From assembly GCA_965287045.1 (NCBI GenBank), contig OZ336873.1:102920001-102984000 (forward strand): a stretch of 64,000 bases of DNA, written 5' to 3'. A program made the position numbers and the translations under genes. Positions 38,480-49,963 of this stretch are shown here, one piece after another (within the stretch, counting starts at the first letter, position 1; each line of letters opens with the position of its first letter). The notes below the pieces were generated by a model. The model had not been told where the DNA came from, did no database searches, and saw only the letters and a list, made by a program, of their open reading frames with translations. This DNA comes from Carcharhinus amblyrhynchos (taxonomy: Eukaryota).

Positions 38480-39278
38480 GAAGCCGAGGAGACAAGTGGC
38501 AAGTGACATTCAAGCCACACAAATGTCAGGCAGTGACCATCACCAACAAAGGGACAATCTAACCACCACCCTTTGACATTCAATGGTGTTACTATCACTG
38601 AATCACTGTCAACAGCTTTGGGGTTACCATTGACCAGAACTGGACTTGCCACATAAACACAATGGCTACAAGCGCATGTCAAAGGCTAGGAATACTGTGG
38701 CGAGTAAATCATTTCCTGAATCCCCAAAGCTTAACCACCATCTACAAGGCACAAGTCAGGAGTGTGATGGAGTACTCTCCACTTGCCTGGATGGATGCAG
38801 CTCCAACAACACAAGAAATTTGACACAGGAAAAAGCAGCCTGCTTGATTGGCACCACATCCCCAAACATCCACTCCCTCCACCACCGAAGCTCAGTAGCA
38901 GCAGTGGAGTTGTGGCTTATCATATCTACAAGATGCACTGCACAAATTAACCAGCGATCCTCAGACAGCATCTTCTAAACCCATGACCGCTTTCAAAGAA
39001 GGACGAGGGCAGTAGATACATGGGAACCCCACCACCTGAAAGTTCTCCTCCAGCCACTCACCGTCCTGATAGGAAATATATGATCGTTCCTCCATGGTCG
39101 CTGGGTCAAAATCCTGGAATTCCCTTCCTCACAGCATTGTGGGTCAACGTACAGCACATGGACTGCAGTGATTCAAGAAGGCAGCTCATCACCACCACCA
39201 CCTCAAGGGCAACTAGGGATAGGCAAGAATTGCTGGCCAGCCAGTGAAGCCAATGTCCCACGAATGAATAAGAAAAAT
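38480..39278 (+). mobile_element. CR1/L2-group LINE (family B) 3' fragment
   Basis: Encodes TIYKAQVRSVMEYSPLAWM..., QEKAACLIGTTSPNIHSLHHR. The 3' UTR ends aatgaataagaaaaa. Confidence 0.85.
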
Positions 39279-40434
39279 CAAGTGGTGCTGAAAAGGACTC
39301 TGATGATGAGCATAGAGGAGGGCAGTGAGTGTGCACACCAAGATATTGGCTGGCTTGTCAGTCAGCCCACTGGCCAGGAGCGTAGCACAAAGCTTTCCCA
39401 CTTCAATTGCCCTTCTTCATTTACCTGTTGTTTTGAGAATACAGAGTCACAGGTACTGCCTCTCCCTATCCGTTGCACCCTGTGTGTGGACAGGTCCTCC
39501 AGCATCCTTGGGAAAAGGCAGTAACACCCTGGTACCAAAACACCTCCAAAAACACTCCCAACTATTTTAAAATGTTTTCTAATTGAAAATGTTCCACAAA
39601 TTTAACTCATCAGCAACCAAAGTGCCTGGTCCTACTGCAGGGCCCATCTTTCTGCTCCATGTTCCTTTTAAGGACTGGACAATGCAGGCATTGCCAGGAC
39701 CTCTGTTCGCTAAATTTGGAATCTTGGCATTAGATTAGCTGGTTGGGCAGTCTAACATCAGGGTAGTGCCAATTCAATATGTTCATGCAAGGCACCCAGC
39801 TACACACGACCATCTCATTGAGGAATTCCACGTGGGTCACACAGCTAGTGGCCCGTGGCGCTGCCTACTCACTTGGAAACAAGGTAAGCCTACATCATTT
39901 TGTGACACCATGCCAATGAACTTTGTATGTGCCATCTCTTAATCGTTTCTGCATTGCTCCAGCTTTGTGAACTAGAACTGGATCCTTCCAGTAAAATAAC
40001 TAAAAAATACATCTTCATTACTTTCAGGTTACCTTGACCTCAGATTGTGGTCAATCTTTTTTTTGGGAAACTGTAAAATTGAAGAATTTTTCAAATGAAT
40101 AGCATGCATTAGAAATTCATACAGGTTATGTTAATATGGTTTACATTTTCTACTGCTGTACTCATCAGTGAATTAATTGTTTTTTGTCTGTTCATTTTTA
40201 AATGGGTGGATTGAAATGGAAATTCTTCAGTCTTTCTTGCTTAGCTTTACCCAGCAGGAAATACGCTTTGGACCAGATTTTGTTGTAGCAAAAATCTAAT
40301 GGCTGATTAATCTAATATCTAATAGCGTCTGTCCTGAGTTAAGTCTGTGCCTGCACCCTTCATCCCGAAGGATACACTTGCCCACACTGCAATTGTGAAC
40401 TGTGAACATTGTAGTGAGGGAAACCAGACATCTG

Positions 40435-40559
40435 GGGCGGAATCTTCCCATCCCACTCACCATAGGAATCGTAGCAGGCGGAGGCGGACTGTGCAAAAGT
40501 CCATTGACTTCGGGTGGGGATTTCCAGCTTTGGGCGGCCGTGGCTGGAAAATCCCACCC
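40435..40559 (+). mobile_element. Harbinger-type MITE (family B)
   Basis: TIRs gggcggaatcttcc / ggaaaatcccaccc with a perfect TSD CTG. Confidence 0.88.
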
Positions 40560-40682
40560 CTGGAATCTGAGTGAACAGGGCCACCTAAAATGGTGTGTCC
40601 TTAACCAAAAAGATTTAAGCAATAGGAAATAAAGAAAGGATTTCAGTAGGAGAGCAAATTAAGGGTGGGTGAATTCAATGTC

Positions 40683-40993
40683 AAGTTTTAAGTTTATTTA
40701 TTAGTATCACAACTAGGCTTTCATTAACACTGCAGTTACATTATTGTGAAAGTCCCCTAGTTGCCACACTCCAGCACCTGTTCGGGTACACTGAGGGAGA
40801 ATTTAGCATGGCCAATGCACCTAACCAGTGCGTCTTTCAGACCCTGAGAGGAAACCGGAGCACTCAGAGGAACCCATGCAGACACTGGTTGAATGTGCAG
40901 ACACTGCTTAGACAGTGACCCAAGCTGGGAATCAAACCCAGGTCCCTGGCGCTGTGAGAGAGCAGTGCTAACCACGGTGTCAACGTGCTGCCC
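40683..40993 (-). mobile_element. V-SINE with type B tail
   Basis: Reverse complement matches 20495-20797 over head, V-domain and tail. An isolated tail fragment is also at ~41692-41758. Confidence 0.88.
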
Positions 40994-41894
40994 GAGTGCA
41001 GAAAGAGAAAAAGAGAGGGAAAGAACAATTGGAATGAGAGAGGCGAAAAAAATGGAAAAGGATGCTTAAAAAAGATTTGAAGTGTTTATCAACACCTAAA
41101 GCAATGCAACACCTGAACGAATGTGACTCTGCTTGCCATAAATTTATCTTCACCGTCAGAGAGGTTGATTGGCAGTCATTAATACTAGCATGTTACTTAA
41201 AGGATACTTCTGCTATTAATTACTAACTCTAAATATTTGTGGCAAGTTTAGTTCATATCTATTGCACAAATACAATGACTTTACAACATTCAATGCATGC
41301 CAATGGTGAGGCAAGCAGGAACGTGCTGTATTCATAAAACTAATGACAATATGGACAGCTTCTGGATAACCGTGCATCTGCTTCTCACTGAAGTTCTTAT
41401 ACCATATACCAATAGATAACGACAAGCGTCATTAGCCTCACTGTTATTTCGACACATAATCTTGTCCTTATTTCTCTAAAATAATTTATATAGTTCAATG
41501 GGCTCATAATTCCTGTGCATATTACATGCCTATATTAAATAACTCAGGGGCACCTCTCTCATACATTGTGTATAGAGATCCAGATGCCCATTATTTCTGT
41601 ATTAGAAAATTAGAGCAGTGTTATCAACCACATATCTTTCAGCAACTTAGTTTGTGTTTTAGCATAGGTTTGAAGGTAGTGATCAAGTATTGTCACAGTA
41701 ACGTCATTGCAGTGTTAATGTAAGCCTACTTGTGACACTAATAAATAAACTTTAAACTTATAATATTGTTGCTGAATTTCCACACATATATTACATCACA
41801 CACTTACATATCCAAGAATTAATAAGAAAGGCTTTGAACAAGTACTCTCAATTTGTGATTTTATAATTTTGCATGAAGTTTAATTACACCCAGG

Positions 41895-42100
41895 ATTTTT
41901 TGATTTGTTCACGGGATATGTGGGCATCGCTGGCAAGGCCAACATTTATTGCCATCCCTAATTGCCCTTCAGAAGGTGGTGACGAGTTACCTTCTTGATC
42001 TGCTGCAGTCCATTTGGTGTAGGTATAGCTGCAGTATTAGTTTGGGAACTCAAAGACAGTGACCCAGTGACAATGAAGGAACAGTAATATATTTTCAAGC
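41895..42100 (-). mobile_element. Family-B LINE 3' UTR fragment
   Basis: gtgggcatcgctggcaaggccaacatttattgccatccctaattgcccttcagaaggtggtg is the reverse complement of the tail seen at 39180-39278. Confidence 0.75.
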
Positions 42101-43168
42101 ATAATTTGGATAGGGTGCTGTTTATCACAAAAGATCCATAATACACAAACGGGACATTCAACCCAAGATGTTCATGCCAATCCTTATGCTCCACTTAATT
42201 CTGTTCCTGTTTTTCCTCATCTGAATGTAGCAGCATAATCATCCCTTTCTTCCTCATACGCTTGTCTAGTTTATAAGCATCCATACTATTCACTTTCCCC
42301 ACTCCCTGTGGTAATGATTCCCACTCTCTGAGCAAAGAAGTTTCTTCTGAATTCCCTATTCCATTTCTTGGTGACCATTTTATATTGATGGGTCTAGTTA
42401 TACTCCTTCCCCATAAGGGGAAACACTTTCACTGTATCTCCTCTAAATTACAAAATGTTTTAATAAAGGTTTCCATAGGATCACCCCCTCAACTTGCTTT
42501 TCTCACCCACCAGTTGGAGAATTGGCCAGAGCTCCACATTGCTTCTATTACGGAAGGCTATTGTGATATTAAGTACTACATATCACATCATATTAGGCAC
42601 TGAAATGGCCAGCATTGAGCCTTCCTTGAGATTAAGAATTCTGGGGACAGCAGTCATTGCTGTCAGAGCCACCAGGAGCAGTGGCAGCTGCTGGTAGTGC
42701 ACCTAGAGGCCCAGATCAACTAGGGAGCCCAAGTCAATAACTGTGGGATGGGCGTTGAGAGGGAGAGGGAAATAGGGAACAGAGGCCAGAGGAATGGGGT
42801 TGGCTCTCTGTGGTCTGATGCTGGACCCCGATTACGTATGACTGAGAGAACCTCACCCCCAAAAACCTGTCCAGCTTCGCTTTTTGGGCTGAGTGTCTAC
42901 TACTCCTTACACTGAATATCAGCAGCGATGGATAAGGCTCCTTAGCTATTGATAAGCCTTCCTGATTAGGCTTAATCAGGTGGAGACAGGAAGATGGCAG
43001 GGTCCTCATAATGTATCCTCTCAGATTAGGCACACCACCACCTTACTCCCAGGGGCAGTGGGGTGTGGGGGGAAGGCAAGAGCATTATGTTCAATAACTT
43101 ACCCTCGCTTATATTTTGTATCAGATGATAGATAGAGCCTGTTGGGTTAGTAACTCCAGGCTCTGGGT

Positions 43169-44412
43169 GGATGTGTCTAGGGCGGTGGATAGAGGAGAGC
43201 CGGTGGATGTGGTCTTTCTTGATTTTCAGAAGGCGTTTGACAAGGTACCTCACAAGAGGTTATTGCAGAAGGTCAGGGGACATGGAGTTGGGGTTACGGT
43301 GATAGCGTGGATAGAGGATTGGTTGTCAAATAGGAGGCAGAGAGTGGGGGTCAATGGGTGCTATTCGGACTGGCGGATGGTGACTAGTGGAGTGCCCCAG
43401 GGGTCGGTGCTGGGGCCTCAGCTATTTACCATTTATATAGATGATCTGGAGGAGGGAACCGAGTGTATGGTGTTGAAATTTGCTGATGACACCAAGATTG
43501 GTGGAATGGCAAATTATGCGGAGGGTGTGGAGAGTCTACAGAAGGATCTAGATAGGCTGGGCGAATGGGCCAGCAAATGGCAAATGGAATTTAATGTTGG
43601 CAAGTGTGAGGTGGTCCACTTTGGTAGGAATAATGGTAGGAAGGATTATTACTTACGTGGCGAAAAACTGCAGCAGGCGACGGTGCAGAGGGACCTCGGG
43701 GTCCTTGTGCGTGAGTCGCAAAAACCCAGCTTGCAGGTGCAGCAGGTGGTCAGGAAGGCTAATGGGATGCTGGCCTTCATAGCAAGGGGGATTGAATATA
43801 AAAGTAGGGAGGTCTTGCTGTAGCTGTATAGGGCATTGGTGAGGCTGCAGCTGGAGTACTGTGTGCAGTTTTGGACGCCATACTTACGCAAGGATATTTT
43901 GGCCTTGGAGGGAGTGCAGAGGAGGTTTACTAGGCTGATGCCAGAGTTGAGGGGGTTGATCTACGAGGAGAGGCTGAATAAACTAGGCTTGTACTCGTTA
44001 GAGTTTAGAAGAATGAGGGGAGATCTCATTGAGACGTATAAGATGATGAATGGGATGGATAGGATAGAGGTGGAGAGACTCTTCCCGCTTAGAAAGGATA
44101 GTAGGACTAGGGGACACAGCCTCAAGATAAAGGGGGAGCGGTTTAGAACGGAGTTGAGGAGGAACTTCTTCACTCAAAGGGTGGTGAATCTCTGGAATTC
44201 TCTGCCCGTTGAAGTGGTGGAGGCTGCCTCGCTAAACATTTTTAAGACGCGGGTTGATGGGTTTTTGATAAGAGAGGGGATTAAGGGTTATGGGGAGAGG
44301 GCGGGAATGTGGAACTGAGCCACGACAGATCAGCCATGATCTTATTGAATGGCGGGGCAGGCTCGAAGGGCTAGATGGTCTATTCCTGCTCCTATTTCTT
44401 ATGTTCTTATGT
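43169..44412 (+). mobile_element. Young 5'-truncated CR1 LINE (RT domain and 3' UTR)
   Basis: VDVVFLDFQKAFDKVPH, SGVPQGSVLGPQLF and KFADDTK motifs. A single premature TAG at 43821-43823 splits the ORF. (TTCTTATG)n tail. Confidence 0.96.
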
Positions 44413-47400
44413 ACGTAGCAACATTTTGAAATTAGATAGAATCTCTCATATAGTAAAATGTGCCATTCAACATCTAAATGTCCTGCACCTCATGCTGTTG
44501 GCTGAAACCTTCACCCCTCATTAAAATTTTCCTCAAGTTGAACATTTTTGACATTGTTTCCAGAGTGGAAACATTTTGTATCAGTGCTATGTATAACTTG
44601 AGCAACACTCTGAACATGCGGGAGTGCAGTCCACTGGGAGAGAGAATAGAGATGGCTTGATTGATGAAAAAGAGTTGCATATTCATCCTTCAAATCAACC
44701 AGAGACCCTCAGTTACAAATGGATTGTATGCTCACATTTCCATTTCTGCTGTTTAGTCCCAGCTTATCATCAGCTTTCTGATTCATATCTGTAGTTCATC
44801 AAAGAAGAAAAATATTTAAGACCAGCAACACAATCGGATACCCTTTTATCAACTTACACTGCCCTTCAACAAAAAATTGTAGGACACCTTGCAATTAGAT
44901 TCACAAGATTAAATGTTTGGGGACACAGGTATGGATTTAAATATTCATTTCTTGATATTAATCTTTTAAAAATGTTGAAAATTATGTTAATATCTTCGCA
45001 CACTTGACCGATGGTTAAATATGGTTATAATGACCACTCTAGTGTGCTTTTTGCAGGAATGGCTGTCAGACAGTTGATTAAAACATGAGGTACAGCTGAA
45101 TGCTTTCATCAACTTGAATCCCTTATATCAGCATAAAGCAGACTGGAGCATTAATTATTAGTATTGGTAGATATATTGTGACGCAACTGTTGAGCTACAG
45201 TTAAACTCATTCTAGATATACTAGCTTTCAACATGCATTCAACACCCATGGACTTTGAATGGATTCACTGTGATTTGATAACCTCATGAATACGGCAGCC
45301 ATAACGTAGCAATGGTTCAGAGAACACCTGCATCAGTTGGGAATGGCAAAAGCCATACAGATCTGCAAAGTTGTATGTTGCATTTGAACTATGGCCTTAT
45401 TTGGGAAAAGGCCTCCAATTCAGATGAAAAATGTTTGGATAGCCTCATCACCGGTGTTTAAGAGTGTGAGCTTGCAACGCAGAATGGATTTGATTGGATC
45501 TTTGCAATGATGTTCTGGCAGAACAGGATTTCTCCCATTCTTCTGACATCGCCGCAGTCTTGATCCAGTTTTTGGGTCAAGAATCACCACTGCAGCGCCC
45601 AAACAGGTGACAAAGGATCTTTAAGGGCCAGAGTGCCCTAAAGTCAACTGGTGGAGTCTTAACACCTGTAAAGATTTTCAGAGGCGTAGACACAAAGTAG
45701 TCCCAATCTTGCTGGGTGATGTCCATCTTGCTGCCAAAGCAATCTTACTGGAGGTGGCCAATTCCGAGGATGTCTTGGGAAGCATTAACCAATTAAGAAT
45801 AGCAGCTGGAGCTAGCACCCAGCTAGCTATTCTTGCATTTCAAACCTTGCACACTTCAGTTAAATGGATACTTCATAAGTAGTGCGCAAGCTGTGCAAAG
45901 CATGCAATGCATAGGTATTACAAAATCCCACAAATCGCAGTTCCAGAATCATCTTGCTTGGTGGAATCTTGTTATCCAGTTTAGCTGCTGATGGGAAGTA
46001 ATGAACTGTAAATTCAGAGGGATAAGAAGATTGGTGTCAATGGATTCAGACACTCATTACTTTGGTAACCATGACCAGCACCCAGTTGCCTCGCCTAGCT
46101 ACTTAAAGAGCCAGGTGAGCATTTCAGTGTTAAGCATCAGCTCCTACTGCAAAAACAAAGTTAAACCTTTGTACGTCAGCCTGAGGCTCAAAACAAAAAA
46201 AAGCTCCAATTTTTTGAACAATAACACTTGTTTGATACATTCTTTAAAAGTATTGAAGGATAGGAATGTCCCTAAACTCTGAGGTTGGTGGGGGATGGGG
46301 GATATAGAGGTGGGGGGATTAGCTTCAGTATGTATGACCTCGTGCTACTGTGACTGCTTTAGTTATCTGGAGTTAGGGAATCTCTGGGGCTCTGACAGTG
46401 ATATTTTAATTAGTAGATACTGAAGTTATTCATGGACTCAAGTACAAAAGACCTAAAGAACAAGAAGAATTTAGGCAAAAGAATAAACTAGTTCCTGTTC
46501 ATCGGAAGAATTATTTACAAAAACAGTTTCTTCATAAACTGGATTAGTTGCTGTGACTTGTTCAACAACTTGCTTTTAAAAAATTGTAACGTTTGCTGAC
46601 AAACCATTTTGTGATGATGAGCCCGATATTCAAACCCATCAAATGTAGCATTAGTAACTTCAAGCGAGTTAGCAGAATGATTTGTTCTGAAAAGTCACAA
46701 CTAGTTTGACTTTATCCTCTAGTTTACAAACCCTTATGCATAAACAAACGTTGAAAGATCGCTTTTGATTTTCTATGTGGGCCTTCGGTTAAGGTTCAGA
46801 GCATTTTGAATGACATTTCTGAAGTAAACATCAACTCTAGCAAAGTGTTTGCTTCCAGTTCTCTTTTCCTGGGAAAAGCACAAACCAAGGATGAAGTTAG
46901 GTTGCAGCTAGTGCAAGCTCAACCTGTGAAAATTGTGCACCTCAGGATGGACATCTCTTGCCATTTGGTCATAGTGCACTCATGAGCCACAGTGGGATAC
47001 ACGATCAAACTTTCATTACAGCACACCCTAAAGATGGCATCAATTCATTATAAACACAGCCCACGTGTTACCAAGCTGCTCATATTCAGTCATTTTAAAA
47101 AAGTCAATATTATTTTGGTCAATGTGTAAGCCACATTTTGTGTTAATTTAAACCTGAAAGAAAGCATCTCTCAACGTACAGAAATTCTTTCATTGATTTG
47201 GTTGGTGGTCACATTAGTATCAGAACTCGGAACTCAATAGTTAAATTATCACAGTTTTTCTTTCTTATAAAATGTGATCTTTGGTCCTATCAAAAGAACA
47301 AAGATCCAGTATATTAAAAACATGATGCTCAGAAGAACAGATTGGCCAGTGTTTTACATGCCTTCCCAGCATAGAGGAAAATGGAGGCTTTGTTGAATCA

Positions 47401-49733
47401 CAGCAAATACAACGTGTAACATTACAGGACGTTTATACCACAAGAGGTGATGAGGTAGATGTGGACGAGGAGGTCATTCCAGCCAACCTAGATTATCCAA
47501 TCCAGAAAGTTTGACAGTTCCATCATCAAAACATTCAATTCTTTCTGAAATGATTACAGGAATTTTATTTATGTCTCCGATATTCTATCCTGAAGTCTTT
47601 CCAAGTATTCATCATTCTGTGTGTAATAAATAACTGACACGAGCCTTGTTCTGAATGTGTCCCATTGCCTAACCTCTCCCCACCAGCATCATGTTACTCA
47701 AAACAATCTTCCAAATTTAACTTTTTGTACATCTCACAGGTCTCCTCTTCAAGAGTAAAAAGCTCAATACTAATAAAATGAATGATCATGCTACGATACA
47801 AGTCTACTAGAAATTTGACTGGGTTTCAGATTTAGTCCAAACATTAAGTCACAATGAAAGACATCCCATTGTTTCTTTAAGGTCAGAAGGTTATAATTAA
47901 TACGCCACTACAAATACCTCTCTGCAAGCATCCAGTGAATTATGGATGTCAAGGTGACAGCACATTTGCCTCAGGTATTTACCAAAGCCATTAGTGTTGC
48001 TGTAGGCATTCTCTATCTATTAAGAATGTTCCCTTATGTAATAGTCAGAACTCTACAGAGAAGAAATTTAATTCATATTATCATCAAAAATAATCAGTCT
48101 TCAAATCTGTAATGAAAAACACCACCTGCTTGTTTACCCACAGATCTCTATCTGCATAATGAGCAATCTCATGCACATTGATTTTAAGATTTCTCTATTA
48201 CCAATTTAATGTGTTCTCATTTTAAATACGACGCACCAGTATGCAATAAAAATATTAATTTCCAACATGACTACTCCACTGAGCATCACCAGTACATTCT
48301 GTTCAAACAACTGAATGGATATATTACTCTACCAATACTTAAATAATTGGAAGATGATTGCAAAAAAAAAATAAAAATTTGAATTGGTAGCATTTTCCAA
48401 ATTGTATCACTTTGTAGGACACATTTCTTTGATACTGTATATTTATAAATCTAAAATACTATAAAGAATATGAATAATAGAAACATCTTGATGAATATTA
48501 AACTAGATGTCACTGTGTATTACAGTACCCAACAATGTAAGTATAATGGATATAGTAATATCATACAAGTTATTTCACTTTGCCTTTTGGATATTTTTTA
48601 TTATTTACCTTTGCCGGTATTCTTTATTGTAAATACTTCCTGATTCTAGGAGAATGGATTAAATTGACACTCAGATATGAGACCCCAAAAGAAACTTAGT
48701 TTTTGCCCCAATTATTTAACTTTGCTTAACATTTCAGGAAGCTTACACTAACCACTCTCCTACTGTAGAGGTACATATAAAGGGGCTGGGGAAGATGCAT
48801 TTTGTTATCAGAATGCAGAACATATTGCTGCTCTTACACCACTGCACCAATAGATTGGCCTGACAGCGGCCAGTATCAAACAATGACAAGGTCCTGTTGA
48901 AATGAATTGCGTTAATTCAGAAAAGCTGCATTTCACAGGTCATTGAGTAAATTTGCAATGGTAGTTGCTGAAAGTGCAACTTAAAGGAGAAACACAACCA
49001 TAATGATCGAGGTAGTGGTAATTTAATCTGGAGAGATAGATAAATGGTGTAGTGGTCTTGATCAAGTTTTGAACATCTTTCTCACAACGTGGTACATTAA
49101 TAGATTATCAGGAATACACCAATAATGCAGATGCAAAAGTGACAAAAATATATTCATGTCATGCTCAAAAAAAATACAGCTTTATTTTTTTAAAAAAGAC
49201 ATCTGAAATAAATGTGGAATCAGCTTTCCAAGTATCTTTATTCTTATGACAGATCTTGAAACAAATATTACTATACAAATATTTTAGTTGGCAAGTGGCA
49301 TAGAAAGGACGATGAAATCTTATCCAAAGTGTAATTTTGTCAAATGATGATTTTTTTTAAAAGATAAGTAACCATTTGACATGTGAAGTCTCCCATGCTG
49401 CAAATAAATTGAACAAAAGCTAAACTGAAATTTCAGGCACCTGGCTGACTAAACTTGCTTAAAGTATATGTATTGTAGATCTCACATTGCCTATTTGAAC
49501 ACCGAGTATTAGAGCTTCTACTAATAAAATGTAACACTATTAACAGGATGTTATGATAGGCACAGATAATCTTACAAAACACATCTCCACAAAGTATCAG
49601 CTTACTTTGTCTGTTTCATATTCACATACTGTACTTGTGAACTCAATTGCTCAGTCTGCCAAGATGAGGAAGCAAGTGTTCTCCGGTTGTGTTTAATTAC
49701 CTAATTTATGATCCATTTGTTCAAGCACTTCAA

Positions 49734-49889
49734 GTGGAAGTAAATCTTTGTGGGGCAAAGAGAAACTCCAGTCACCCACTACCAGAGGGTCAGAGGACGT
49801 TGTCAACCATGTCACACTGTCTAGTCAATACAATTTCTTAGCCACACACCTGCTTAGCCTATCCCAACAGAATTGAGCCAAGAGTAAAG
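49734..49889 (+). pseudogene. DACH2: Decayed (pseudo-)exon of DACH2, the cassette exon normally lying between the two flanking exons
   Basis: Translates to GSKSLWGKEKLQSPTTRGSEDVVNHVTLSSQYNFLATHLLSLSQQN*AKSK, resembling recalled DACH2 GSESSWDKDKMQSP...LQQNHLLTN and DACH1 SSDGSWDKETLPSS...HPLNHLQQSHLLPN. In-frame TGA at 49874-49876. The acceptor reads caa|GT instead of cag, and the donor reads G|cacagt. Confidence 0.8.
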
Positions 49890-49930
49890 CACAGTTTACA
49901 TGTATCTTTTCTTTTAGGCCTGCAAAGACC

Positions 49931-49963
49931 TGTGTGTGTGTATGTGTGTGTTTGTGTGTGTGT
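49931..49963. repeat. (TG)n microsatellite, imperfect
   Basis: tgtgtgtgtgtatgtgtgtgtttgtgtgtgtgt directly visible. Confidence 0.9.

Noticed and set aside
43116-44318. 235-aa and 160-aa RT ORFs as a novel reverse transcriptase or retron-like system
   Set aside because: Ordinary 5'-truncated CR1 ORF2 split by a single stop codon, with a CR1 3' tail.
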